Shown: positions 1 through 8,484, numbered from the stretch's first letter. The stretch: DNA of 32,000 nucleotides from Candidatus Methylomirabilis limnetica (GCF_003044035.1 NZ_NVQC01000022.1:1-32000); one strand, 5' to 3'. Notes: a model not told the origin generated them from the letters alone. Numbers and translations: made by a program.

Positions 1-479
1 CTGAACGTGATCTCGCTTCCACTGCCGCCCCTGCGAGATCGCACGGGAGATATCCAATTGATCGCGCATCACTACCTCACAAAGTACGCAGCCGGCAGCG
101 GGAAGGAGGTCACGGGCATCACTTCAGCGAGGACGCCCTGCGCCATCTGGCGATGGTCCCATACCCATGGCCCGGCAACATCCGGGAGCTGCGGAATGTG
201 TTGCAGCAGGTGGGTGTCCTGTTGCAACACCCGGAGATCAGGTGGGACGACTTTCCGGCGTCCATTCGTATGGTGCGCGCAGAGGCGCTGCCGGCCGACC
301 GACCCGATTCGACCGGGTGGCTGGCCCAGGCCGAACGCCAGCTCATCCGCCAGATCGTCCAGCAGTGTGCGGGGAACCTGTCCCAGGCGGCACATCAACT
401 CGGTATTTCCCGGAGCACGTTGTACCGGAAGCTGGAACAGTTTGGGCTGAAGCGACAGATGTTGATTGCTCCGGACTAG
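1..479 (+). CDS. sigma-54-dependent transcriptional activator (NtrC/Fis family), 3' portion entering from upstream; apparent frameshift near nt 118-123
   Basis: Frame 1 (nt 1-120) reads LNVISLPLPPLRDRTGDIQLIAHHYLTKYAAGSGKEVTGI. Frame 3 from nt 120 reads HFSEDALRHLAMVPYPWPGNIRELRNV...NLSQAAHQLGISRSTLYRKLEQFG (Fis-type HTH), with stop TAG at 477-479. Joined, the two pieces form the contiguous C-terminal AAA+/HTH region of an enhancer-binding protein. Confidence 0.8.
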   Translation, partial: ERDLASTAAPARSHGRYPIDRASLPHKVRSRQREGGHGHHFSEDALRHLAMVPYPWPGNIRELRNVLQQVGVLLQHPEIRWDDFPASIRMVRAEALPADRPDSTGWLAQAERQLIRQIVQQCAGNLSQAAHQLGISRSTLYRKLEQFGLKRQMLIAPD

Positions 480-617
480 GACACCTGTTGTGCGACAGAT
501 GTCGCAGTGTGGGGCGGAATAACGACAAAAAAGTCCCCACTAGGACAGGCTGGCGTGGTAGCATCAACGGTTATTGACCTTCAAGTATCTGCGCGAAGGA
601 TGGTGTGGAGGCGCCAT

Positions 618-737
618 ATGTCGATCGCAATCCACACAAGGGGTAACTTTTTCGCCATCGGCTGCGTGATTGTGGGCAGCATCAGACAGTACGACCTGCA
701 CCAGACCGGGCAACTCGTGCAGTTCGATGTCAGTTGA
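618..737 (+). CDS. candidate small ORF, 39 aa (MSIAIHTRGNFFAIGCVIVGSIRQYDLHQTGQLVQFDVS), hypothetical
   Basis: ATG at 618 is preceded by GGAGG (607-611) with a 6-nt spacer. It has one hydrophobic stretch and no recognisable family. Confidence 0.2.
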   Translation: MSIAIHTRGNFFAIGCVIVGSIRQYDLHQTGQLVQFDVS

Positions 738-738
738 A

Positions 739-930
739 TCTACTGGGGGTTCATTCTCCGCGGCTTACCGCGAGTTCGTCATACCGGCGGAAGCCGGTAT
801 CCAGAGGGCCCAACTGGATTCCCCCGTATCAAGTACGGGGCAGGCGTGTCAAGCACGGAATGACGGGCCAGGACAGAAGACGATACCCTGCAGCTTGCTG
901 CGGGGTAGTTCATTCTACTGGGGGTTCATT
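739..930. repeat. MITE/REP-like multi-hairpin element, copy A
   Basis: Reverse complement matches 11176-11380 (roughly 85-90% identical by eye). It contains the hairpins ATACCGGCGGAAGCCGGTAT, CCCCGTATCAAGTACGGGG and CTACCCCGCAGCAAGCTGCAGGGTA(T). It is bracketed by the 17-bp direct repeat TCTACTGGGGGTTCATT (739-755 and 914-930). Confidence 0.8.
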
Positions 931-1002
931 GATGGATCTCCACTGTCGAAAGAGCGATCACATCTGACGAAGGGAATGTGAACGGTGAAGAGTTGGAGGG
1001 GG

Positions 1003-1881
1003 ATGCGTATGCGCAAACTGGGCTGGGCCGTACTTGCACTATTCTTGACACCGCTGCTTTCACCCTTGATAGGGAGCGCGGAGGCACAGACGCGGAATGA
1101 AATGAGCCAACTCAAGCACGAATTGCAGGCGTTGCGGGAGGAGGTCGAGACCAAGAATACACTGGTAAAGCGGATGCAGCAGCGTCTGGAGGCCCTTGAA
1201 ACCAAGATGCAGGTGGAAATTCAGCGCCCCGTGGACGAAAAGCTGAAAGTCATGAAGGAAGAGATAAAGACTGAGATGGCGGCGAAGGCAGAATCCCCCA
1301 AGCTGTTGGGCGGTCAGGTCTTCTTCAAGGGTGGATATGCCCGCATGGATAGCCCGCGGAGCAACTCCCTCTTGACGGCCCAGGACAACCCCGATGACAG
1401 GAACGGCTTTAACGTAGGAGCCGGGCTGGACCTCCCCTTAATGACGATCTTCAATAGCACGCTTTTAGGGGAGATCTATGTCGAGTACATTCAGACTCAG
1501 CATACAACAGGTGATTCCAGTGCTAAGGTTGAAACTCCACCGGATAAGGTCCTCGCGGAGGGGAAGGGGTTAGAAAACATTCTGACCGTAGGTATCGCCC
1601 CGAAATTCCGCTTCGACAACCTGGGCTCCATCCGGCCCTGGCTGGCCCCCTATCGGCCATGGATCATCCCCGTCGGCCTGACCTTTAATGTGAACACGCC
1701 TGTCAACAAGGCCATCACCAACATCAGCATAGGCGGGGTCACCGGCATAGGGATTGAACGTCTGTTCTGGAACAATCGACTCAGCCTCGGTATCGACGCC
1801 AGATACTACTGGGGTCCTGATATTCCGGACGAAAATCTTAAGCACCTCACCACTAGTGGCTATGTCGGGATCAACTTCTAA
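1003..1881 (+). CDS. outer-membrane beta-barrel protein with N-terminal periplasmic coiled-coil segment
   Basis: Signal peptide (MRKLGWAVLALFLTPLLSPLIGSAEA) is followed by a ~80-aa heptad-rich helix (QLKHELQALREEVETKNTLVKRMQQRLEALETKMQ...). An alternating-hydrophobic region then ends in GYVGINF (C-terminal Phe typical of OMPs). GGAGGG lies at 995-1000. ATG 1003/1009 or GTG 985 are all possible starts. Confidence 0.75.
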   Translation: MRMRKLGWAVLALFLTPLLSPLIGSAEAQTRNEMSQLKHELQALREEVETKNTLVKRMQQRLEALETKMQVEIQRPVDEKLKVMKEEIKTEMAAKAESPKLLGGQVFFKGGYARMDSPRSNSLLTAQDNPDDRNGFNVGAGLDLPLMTIFNSTLLGEIYVEYIQTQHTTGDSSAKVETPPDKVLAEGKGLENILTVGIAPKFRFDNLGSIRPWLAPYRPWIIPVGLTFNVNTPVNKAITNISIGGVTGIGIERLFWNNRLSLGIDARYYWGPDIPDENLKHLTTSGYVGINF

Positions 1882-1901
1882 CGTAACTGCAAGATAGATA
1901 G

Positions 1902-2016
1902 GCTGAAAGCTGAAGGCTTTTAGGGGCAAGTCATGCGTGATCATGCAAAACTCCGAAAAGGTCTTGAATGGCTCGGTTCGTGCCTTGCGAGATAATTTAG
2001 AACCTTCAGCCTTCAG
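1902..2016. repeat. inverted pair of GCTGAAN heptamer repeats flanking an ~87-nt core
   Basis: GCTGAAA GCTGAAG lies at 1902-1915 and CCTTCAG CCTTCAG at 2003-2016. The arms can pair at about 12 of 14 positions. Confidence 0.6.
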
Positions 2017-2371
2017 TCTAAACACCTTGTAGTTACCTTCTAGCACCTTAATGGTTCTTCCGGCATCCCCTCCCCCCACCGAGAGCCTGCCCCGGACTCG
2101 ATCCGGGGGGGCGGGTGGGGGGCGTGCGCCATGCACTATGTCAGCGGGTGACAAGCAATCGCCCACGCAGCCCAAGAGACGCTATGGGTGACGGTCCGAA
2201 GGCCTCCGTTCACCCCCACCTTCATCCTCCCCCCTCGAAGGGGAGGAACACAGCTACCCTCTTCCCCGGAAGGGATATTGAGCTCCCAGTATACTCACGC
2301 TAAAACCGGAAGAACAAAAAAGGGAGGAAGTCAGAGCCGGAAGAATGTGGGATTATTCCAGAAGTGACGGA

Positions 2372-3076
2372 CTACTCGTTTCGAGGAGAATGGTATTTTG
2401 ATGGAGGCGCATAATGAGCAGGCGAGGACGTCAACTCCTTTTTGAGGGTCCCGACTTCCTTTTCCAGTTCTGTTAGACGTTCCAGGACGCACCGGATCGC
2501 CTTTTGGGCGGGATCCGGCATATCAGCCATCTCCAAGTCAACTGCCTGCGAGACCCGTTTGCCGTCGCGATAGATGACCTGCCCTGGCACACCCACCACG
2601 AGTGAGTTCGGTGGGACTTCCTTCACCACCACGGAGCCTGAGCCGATACGGCTGTTGTCTCCCACCTTGATCGGCCCAAGGATTGTGGCGCCCGCACCGA
2701 TCACGACACCGTTGCCGATCGTCGGATGGCGCTTCTTTTTCTCCAGGCTGGTGCCGCCCAGTGTCACGCCCTGATAGATGGTGACACCCTCACCGATCTC
2801 AGTGGTCTCGCCGATGACGATCCCGATGCCGTGGTCGATGAAGAGACCCATCCCGAGACTCGCGCCAGGATGGATTTCAATCCCGGTCAGGAATCGGCCT
2901 ACGTGCGCGATGAAGCGTCCGAGAGTCTTCAGGTTGCCGTTCCAGAACCAGTGCGCGACGCGGTGGAAGTACAAGGCATGCAGGCCAGGATAGCACACGA
3001 GAACCTCCAGCGTGCTGCGAGCCGCTGGGTCTCGGTCAAGGGCCGCTCGGATGTCTCGTTTGAGTGTTGTGAACAC
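2372..3076 (-). CDS. cysE: serine O-acetyltransferase
   Basis: N-terminal [31 protein letters not shown] is followed by hexapeptide-repeat LbH motifs ([72 protein letters not shown]). The start codon is GTG. Confidence 0.9.
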   Translation of the reverse strand: MFTTLKRDIRAALDRDPAARSTLEVLVCYPGLHALYFHRVAHWFWNGNLKTLGRFIAHVGRFLTGIEIHPGASLGMGLFIDHGIGIVIGETTEIGEGVTIYQGVTLGGTSLEKKKRHPTIGNGVVIGAGATILGPIKVGDNSRIGSGSVVVKEVPPNSLVVGVPGQVIYRDGKRVSQAVDLEMADMPDPAQKAIRCVLERLTELEKEVGTLKKELTSSPAHYAPPSKYHSPRNE

Positions 3077-3090
3077 GCAGTGTTCGCGAT

Positions 3091-3297
3091 TCAGTTTCGG
3101 ATGGTTACGGTCTCGTTCAACTCCCGCAGGAGCTGGTCAAGGTTGACCCCGTGGACCTGGGCACTGGTAGCGATATTGTCGTACTCAGCCGCAGAGCACC
3201 CCAGGCAGGCGACGCCATAGCGGTTAAAGATCTGGACGGTCTCCGGGTATTGCCGCACCACATTGTCAATCTTCATCTCTGCGGTGATCCTCATCAA
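3091..3297 (-). CDS. DUF1858 / hybrid-cluster-protein-associated redox disulfide domain protein (68 aa)
   Basis: Motifs I..VV..YPET..IF..YG..CLGC..A....I...A..HG.......L..LN. GGGAGG Shine-Dalgarno lies upstream of ATG 3297. The stop is 14 nt upstream of the cysE start. Confidence 0.75.
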   Translation of the reverse strand: MMRITAEMKIDNVVRQYPETVQIFNRYGVACLGCSAAEYDNIATSAQVHGVNLDQLLRELNETVTIRN

Positions 3298-3592
3298 CCT
3301 GCCTCCCTTCGGAGAAACCGCTGGTCTGCCTTATGCCGGCTACTTATACACAAGGGCAACGTCAGCGATTCCTCGGTTCAACTGCAAGCTTATCATATAA
3401 GGCTAGAATCAATCATGGCAAGCGAATTTTTCTCGTGGGCGATTGCTGTTGACTTCCAGCCAGAGGTCCGGTAGCCTGCCGTTGCCTCCATCCTCACGGA
3501 TTGCAGATTGCCGATTTCGGAATGGGGAACGGGAGCAACTCTTGTGCCTTCGATCCGCAATCGCGACCGACGAAGACCCCGGGGTGGCCTCA

Positions 3593-3778
3593 ATGAATCT
3601 GATAGCTAAGATTCACGCGGCCCTGGAGCGCCATTATGGCTCTAAGAAGGCGCGCAGGGCTCTGAGCAATCCACTCGATGGCCTGATCCTTGCCATCCTT
3701 TCCCAAAAGACCCGCAAGACGCATACCCCCGCGCGTGACGACCGTCTCCCCTCCAATCTCTGTCCCTCTGCCCGATGA
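3593..3778 (+). pseudogene. possible remnant of an HhH-GPD (endonuclease III-like) gene, N-terminal ~40 codons only
   Basis: MNLIAKIHAALERHYGSKKARRALSNPLDGLILAILSQKT resembles the N-terminus of Nth-like proteins (...LI.TILSQ.T), and similarity is then lost. The stop overlaps the next gene's start as ATGA (3775-3778). Confidence 0.3.
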
Positions 3779-5319
3779 CATCGGCGTCACTCTTCGGTTT
3801 GGACGAACTGGGGCGCGATCCGCACCTTCTGGCTGTCCAGGCGGTCGCGGCCGGCGGCAGGGTGGGCCCCCTGTATCTGGTCGGTGGGTACCTGCGTGAT
3901 TTTCTGCTTGGCTCCTTCGACGTGGCTAATGACAGGCGTGGCAGGGCGAAGCGGATCGACCTCGATCTGGTGATCTGGGGGAAACCGGAACTGTTCGGTC
4001 GCGATCTGGTCACGGCCCTGGAAGGCAGCCTCATTCGCCTCGAACCAGAGACGGTTCGGGCCATCGTTAGATCCCCGATCGGGGTCGAGGACAGGTCTGC
4101 AGGGATGATCGTCCAGATCGACATCAGTCGATCGAAGGGCGAGACAATCGAAGACGATTTGGCTCTCCGCGACTTTACGGTGAATGCCATGGCCGTGAGG
4201 CTCGACACCCGACACCCGACACCCGACACCCTGTCTTTAATTGATCCGGCGGGTGGGCTGAACGATCTAAAGGAAAAGCGCCTTCGAGCCCTTGCCCCAT
4301 CGGCATTCGATCGCGATCCGCTTCGCCTGATCAGGGCAATTCGCCTGGCTGCAGAGCTTGGCTTCACTATTGAGGAGACTACTCGGCAGTGGATCGTCGA
4401 GCGCGCATCGCTCCTCGGAACAGTAGCCGGGGAGCGTCTGCGAGACGAGCTGTTCAGGGTCCTCGATACGGTCCCCGCAACGCCTTGGATCGAGCACCTC
4501 GACGTCCTGCAGCTTCTGAAGGTGCTGGTCCCGGAGGTAGAGGCGCTCAAATCAGTTCCGGCAAGCATGCCGCATCGTCTGCCCCTCTGGGAACACTCGC
4601 TTCAGACGCTTCGGTCTGTCGAACTGCTGCTCACGAATCTTGAGCAGCTCTTTCCGGAAGACGCCCTCTGGTTACGCGAGCGGCTCGGCCTGGAGATCGA
4701 GGCTGGCGTCACCGAGGCCGCCATCCTCAAGCTGCTGGGGTTCCTGCACGACATCGGCAAGCCGGAGACTCGGAGCATACAACCAGATGGTCGAGTCCGG
4801 TTCCTGGGGCACGAGCAGGCCGGTCTGCCAGTCCTCACTCGCCTATGCGAACGCCTTCGCCTGGGTCGGCGGGCAACAAACCTCGTAACCAACATCGAGC
4901 GATATCATCTGCGGCCGATCCATCTCTCGAGTCTGGCAACGGTCACCGCCAGTGCGCAGTATCGTTTCTTCCGGGAGCTGGGTGATGTTGCCCCCGTTGT
5001 GCTGTTGCACTCCTGGGCGGATCTGCTGGCCACGATCGGTGGGGAAGCCGAGGAGTTCAGCCGGCATCAGGTATTCCTGCGCGAGGCGTTCCGATTCTAC
5101 AGAGCCGAGTTCATGGCAAGCCAGGTAAAGCCCATCGTGCGAGGAGACGATCTGATCAGGATGTTCGGCGTTGTGCCAGGCCCTTTCCTGGGATACGTAC
5201 TTGATCGCTTGCGGGAAGCTCAGGCGACTGGGCTCTTCAACAGCCGCGAGGATGCTCTGGCTTACGTCCAGGAACATCTTGTATCGTGGCAGCAGTCGTT
5301 CGAGGTGCGACCCTCTTGA
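3775..5319 (+). CDS. cca: tRNA nucleotidyltransferase/poly(A) polymerase family protein with C-terminal HD domain (CCA-adding enzyme-like)
   Basis: YLVGGYLRDFLLG and IDLDLV form the nucleotidyltransferase head. RDFTVNAM and DPLRLIRAIRLAAELGF are present. The HD motif is FLHDIGKP...FLGHEQAG. Confidence 0.75.
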   Translation: MTSASLFGLDELGRDPHLLAVQAVAAGGRVGPLYLVGGYLRDFLLGSFDVANDRRGRAKRIDLDLVIWGKPELFGRDLVTALEGSLIRLEPETVRAIVRSPIGVEDRSAGMIVQIDISRSKGETIEDDLALRDFTVNAMAVRLDTRHPTPDTLSLIDPAGGLNDLKEKRLRALAPSAFDRDPLRLIRAIRLAAELGFTIEETTRQWIVERASLLGTVAGERLRDELFRVLDTVPATPWIEHLDVLQLLKVLVPEVEALKSVPASMPHRLPLWEHSLQTLRSVELLLTNLEQLFPEDALWLRERLGLEIEAGVTEAAILKLLGFLHDIGKPETRSIQPDGRVRFLGHEQAGLPVLTRLCERLRLGRRATNLVTNIERYHLRPIHLSSLATVTASAQYRFFRELGDVAPVVLLHSWADLLATIGGEAEEFSRHQVFLREAFRFYRAEFMASQVKPIVRGDDLIRMFGVVPGPFLGYVLDRLREAQATGLFNSREDALAYVQEHLVSWQQSFEVRPS

Positions 5320-5351
5320 GTCACGCGCCAAAAATATGCGCGTCAAAACCA

Positions 5352-5380
5352 TTGACAAGCGTGAGTGCTTTTGTTAGACA
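5352..5380 (+). promoter_or_regulatory. sigma-70-type promoter for tRNA-Gly
   Basis: TTGACA (5352-5357), a 17-nt spacer, then TAGACA (5375-5380), about 10 nt before the tRNA 5' end. Confidence 0.55.
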
Positions 5381-5389
5381 GAAGAGGGC

Positions 5390-5464
<75 letters not shown>

Positions 5465-5468
5465 CGTT

Positions 5469-5503
5469 GGTCAGCGTTCAGCCATCAGCGGTCAGGTTTC
5501 AGC
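5469..5503. repeat. tandem heptamer array, 5 x NNTCAGC
   Basis: GGTCAGC GTTCAGC CATCAGC GGTCAGG TTTCAGC lies immediately 3' of the tRNA. It is the inverted counterpart of the array at 5723-5757. Confidence 0.75.
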
Positions 5504-5580
5504 TTCTGAAGTGCCCTCAAGTCTCCAAGGATTTCCCTATGCTTGGTCTGGGTTGTAAGCGTGGCACTGTACGGGAGGAC

Positions 5581-5624
5581 TGTAGGCCCTCTCGTAACGG
5601 GCGGGGATAAACCCCGCCCCTACA
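5581..5624. repeat. GC-rich palindromic hairpin element
   Basis: TGTAGG...GGGCGGGG-ATAAA-CCCCGCCC-CTACA: an 8-bp G/C stem with outer TGTAGG/CCTACA pairing. Confidence 0.5.
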
Positions 5625-5722
5625 AAGCGGAACTGCCGGGTTGAGTGAGTTCGGTTGACGCCGAGTCCTGTTGCTCATACACTGAACACGTTCGGGTTAT
5701 AGCCGTCAGTCTTCAGCGTGTT

Positions 5723-5757
5723 GCTGAGAGCTGATTGCTGATTGCTGGTTGCTGATT
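5723..5757. repeat. tandem heptamer array, 5 x GCTGANN
   Basis: GCTGAGA GCTGATT GCTGATT GCTGGTT GCTGATT ends 20 nt upstream of the pfp ATG. Confidence 0.75.
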
Positions 5758-5776
5758 TCCCGTCGAGGGGGGCCTC

Positions 5777-7015
5777 ATGAAAACGCTTGGCATACTGGTT
5801 GGAGGTGGCCCCGCGCCAGGCATTAATGGCGTGATCGCTGCTGCGACGATGGAGGCTCGCAACCATGGGGTACGCGTCCTCGGCTTCTACGATGGGTTCA
5901 AATGGCTTGCACGAGGCGACGTAAGCCACGTGATAGAGCTCGAAATCGATGAGGTGTCTCGGATCCATTTCGAAGGGGGTTCTATCCTTCGAACGGCCAG
6001 GGAGAATCCGACCAAATCCCCGGATGCGCTCCGAAATGTGGTCGAGGCGCTGAACAAATTGGAGGTGTCATGCCTGTTGACAATCGGGGGTGATGACACC
6101 GCCTTCGCGGCGTGTCGGCTATCGGAAGCCGTGCAGGGTCGAGTCGCCGTCGCGCATGTGCCGAAGACGATCGACAACGACCTCCCACTCCCGCAGGAGG
6201 TGGCGACGTTTGGCTTTACGACGGCTTGCAACCTGGGCAAAGAGATCGTTCAGAATCTAATGGAGGATGCGGTGACGGCGAATCGCTGGTTCTTCGTCAC
6301 AGTGATGGGCCGACGGGCGGGCCATCTGGCGCTTGGCATAGGAGGCTCTGCCGGCGCCACTTTAACGGTCATCGGAGAGGAGTTTCCAGAACCGAGGATC
6401 CCCCTTCAGACGCTGGTTGACATCCTGGAAGGCGCTATCATCAAGCGGCGCGCCTCCGGGAAGGGGTACGGCCTGGCGATTCTGAGCGAAGGGCTGGCCG
6501 ATAAACTTGATCCTGCTGATTTCGGCTCGGTTGAGCGGGACGGTTATGGGAATGTCCGTCTCTCGGAGCTTGTGTTGGGGCGAGTGCTGAAAGAGCGGGT
6601 TACTGAAAGCCTTCGCGCGCGAGGTGTCGATGTGACGATCGTAGCTAAAGATCTTGGCTATGAGCTCCGCTGCGCTCCACCCGGCGCACTGGATATCCTA
6701 TATTGCCGCGGTCTTGGCTATTGGGCCACCCGTTTTCTGTTGGACGGTCACACGGAGGCCATGGTGACCATCCAGGGGGGGAAGATGGTCCCAATCCCGT
6801 TTCAGCAGATGTTGGATCATCGGACAGGGAAGATCCGTGTCCGGTACGTTGATATCAACTCCGAGTCGTATCGGACGCTCCGGGCCTATATGATCCGCTT
6901 GGAGCCTCAAGACTTTGAGACGCCAGGGCAGATCGAGACGCTCGCGCATGGCGGGCGCCTCGATCAGGCTGAATTCGTAAGCCGGTTTAGTTATCTTGGC
7001 GATCGACGCTCATAG
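5777..7015 (+). CDS. pfp: 6-phosphofructokinase, pyrophosphate-dependent type by signature residues
   Basis: GILVGGGPAPGINGVI, TIGGDDT (Asp where ATP-PFKs have GGDG), VPKTIDNDL (Lys where ATP-PFKs have Gly) and MGRRAGHLAL. Confidence 0.85.
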   Translation: MKTLGILVGGGPAPGINGVIAAATMEARNHGVRVLGFYDGFKWLARGDVSHVIELEIDEVSRIHFEGGSILRTARENPTKSPDALRNVVEALNKLEVSCLLTIGGDDTAFAACRLSEAVQGRVAVAHVPKTIDNDLPLPQEVATFGFTTACNLGKEIVQNLMEDAVTANRWFFVTVMGRRAGHLALGIGGSAGATLTVIGEEFPEPRIPLQTLVDILEGAIIKRRASGKGYGLAILSEGLADKLDPADFGSVERDGYGNVRLSELVLGRVLKERVTESLRARGVDVTIVAKDLGYELRCAPPGALDILYCRGLGYWATRFLLDGHTEAMVTIQGGKMVPIPFQQMLDHRTGKIRVRYVDINSESYRTLRAYMIRLEPQDFETPGQIETLAHGGRLDQAEFVSRFSYLGDRRS

Positions 7016-7064
7016 AAGCTGCAGTAACCAGGAGGAGTATGTTTCTCGCGAAGGAGTCAGCACA

Positions 7065-7694
7065 ATGAGATACTGGAGGCGAAGCATTCACCGCATGGTC
7101 TTCGGCGTGGTGGTCGTGCTGGTTCCGTGTACGCTCTGGACGGGCTCTTTGGCTTTGCTCGGGACAGGCCCTTCGACGTGGCTCAGGACAGGCTTGGCTG
7201 ATGCGCAAGAGATCGTTTTCGTCAAGGCGCTAGAAGAGGCGAACAAAGCCATCCAGGAGGCGAGGGACTTCGAGGCGGATATCTATGCTCCGGGGGAGTT
7301 CGCCCTTGCCCTGAACTATTTAGCGCAGGCCAAGGATGAGGCAAAAACCTTCAGATCTGAGGCACAGCCGAAGCAGGATACTCACCTGTTCAGCGCCAGG
7401 AAGTCGGGGGAGGCGGTCAGCCTGCTAGCGGAGAAGGCACAGTACCAGGCGAAGGTGGCCGGGGCGAAGGCGATAGAGGTAAAATCCGACCGAGAGATCA
7501 CCGCCATCAAAGCGCAGGTCGCCGATACCTTTAACACGGATGTCAACCGAAGCTTTACCCCGTTGCGGGAGCAGTTGCTGGGCGAACTGGGCGCAATGGA
7601 AGCCGTGAGGAAAGAGGCCCGCAGGGCGAGGGCGCGGGCAGAGTCTGTGCTACACACATTGACGCTCGAAGGGCAGGCCACGCCGGCGCCATAG
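7065..7694 (+). CDS. membrane-anchored/secreted helical protein, DUF4398-like
   Basis: GAAGGAG lies 8 nt before ATG 7065, and the upstream ATG 6996 would overlap pfp. There is an N-terminal hydrophobic segment. The helical repeat [22 protein letters not shown] resembles DUF4398. Confidence 0.6.
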   Translation: MRYWRRSIHRMVFGVVVVLVPCTLWTGSLALLGTGPSTWLRTGLADAQEIVFVKALEEANKAIQEARDFEADIYAPGEFALALNYLAQAKDEAKTFRSEAQPKQDTHLFSARKSGEAVSLLAEKAQYQAKVAGAKAIEVKSDREITAIKAQVADTFNTDVNRSFTPLREQLLGELGAMEAVRKEARRARARAESVLHTLTLEGQATPAP

Positions 7695-7774
7695 CAGGAA
7701 TTTTACCAGAGGCTTCAAAGCATTCGCAGTTTAGCGTCAAAGGCGCCGATGTTAGTCATGCGGAGAATAGAAGA

Positions 7775-8329
7775 ATGATCGAGCGATTAGTCAGGGATCT
7801 GCTGAAGGAAATCGGCGAGGATCCCGATCGGGAAGGATTGGTCAAGACCCCGGAGCGGGTAGAGCGGATGTTAGCCTTCCTCACATCCGGATACGGCAAA
7901 CAGGTGGATGATGTCCTGAACAAGGCGGTCTTCCAGGACAACTATGACGAGATCGTCGTGGTCAAGGATATCGACTTTTTTTCCTTGTGCGAGCATCATT
8001 TGCTTCCTTTTTTCGGTAAGTGCCACGTCGGCTACTTACCGGACGGTAAGATTGTCGGATTGAGCAAGCTGGTTCGGCTGGTGGAGATGTATAGTCGCCG
8101 ACTCCAGGTGCAGGAGCGCCTGACCTCTCAGATCGCGAACGCCCTTCTGGAGGCCCTACAACCACGCGGGGTGGCCGTCGTAATGGAAGCCCAACACCTC
8201 TGCATGATGATGCGCGGCGTAGAGAAACAGAATAGCAAGGCCGTAACCTCATCAATGCACGGGATCTTCCGCGAGCGGATCGAGAGCCGGAACGAGTTCA
8301 TGCAGTTGATCCGGTCGCACGCAACATAA
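7775..8329 (+). CDS. folE: GTP cyclohydrolase I
   Basis: [50 protein letters not shown] and HLCMMMRGV. Confidence 0.93.
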   Translation: MIERLVRDLLKEIGEDPDREGLVKTPERVERMLAFLTSGYGKQVDDVLNKAVFQDNYDEIVVVKDIDFFSLCEHHLLPFFGKCHVGYLPDGKIVGLSKLVRLVEMYSRRLQVQERLTSQIANALLEALQPRGVAVVMEAQHLCMMMRGVEKQNSKAVTSSMHGIFRERIESRNEFMQLIRSHAT

Positions 8330-8397
8330 AGGAACTGATCTCTCTCCAAGGGTAAGGGAGTACGATTACGGAACACAACCCATTGCGGCTGCCCGCA

Positions 8398-8426
8398 TTG
8401 ACCGGAATCCATTATTCCACTATATT
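8398..8426 (+). promoter_or_regulatory. strong sigma-70-type promoter upstream of moaB-pup
   Basis: TTGACC (8398-8403), a 17-nt spacer, then TATATT (8421-8426). The spacer contains the inverted repeat GGAAT-CCATT-ATTCC. Confidence 0.6.
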
Positions 8427-8484
8427 ACAGATTGAGCGGGAACTCTACCAGGCTGGACAGAGACTTAATCTCATCGGGGAACCT

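Noticed and set aside
670-981. ORFs sharing the peptide REFVIPAEAGIQRA (670-981 plus strand; 11021-11425 minus strand)
   Set aside because: The shared peptide arises because both ORFs run across the two inverted copies of the same hairpin-rich repeat. Outside the repeat there is no similarity and no coding signal.
1570-2175. 201-aa minus-strand ORF covering the long 1882-2371 non-coding gap
   Set aside because: Its 3' half is antisense to the OMP gene. Its 5' half is made of the heptamer arrays (…LKAEGSKL…LKAFSFQ…) and G-run palindromes, so it is repeat-derived and not coding. By eye I also found no RNase P, tmRNA, SRP or 6S signatures in this gap.
2115-2303. 62-aa plus-strand ORF in the cysE-downstream gap
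   Set aside because: It is composed of repeat hairpins (…HPPPSKGRN…). It has no Shine-Dalgarno and no family resemblance.
3642-4568. 308-aa minus-strand ORF, the longest unassigned ORF in the track
   Set aside because: It is entirely antisense to the well-supported CCA/HD-domain gene. The translation is Arg/Ser/Ala-rich low complexity, typical of the antisense frame of GC-rich coding DNA. There are no motifs and no Shine-Dalgarno.
8330-8484. Possible Moco riboswitch in the moaB leader
   Set aside because: The predicted promoter leaves only ~50 nt of leader, far shorter than the Moco RNA motif. I could not recognise its conserved loops.
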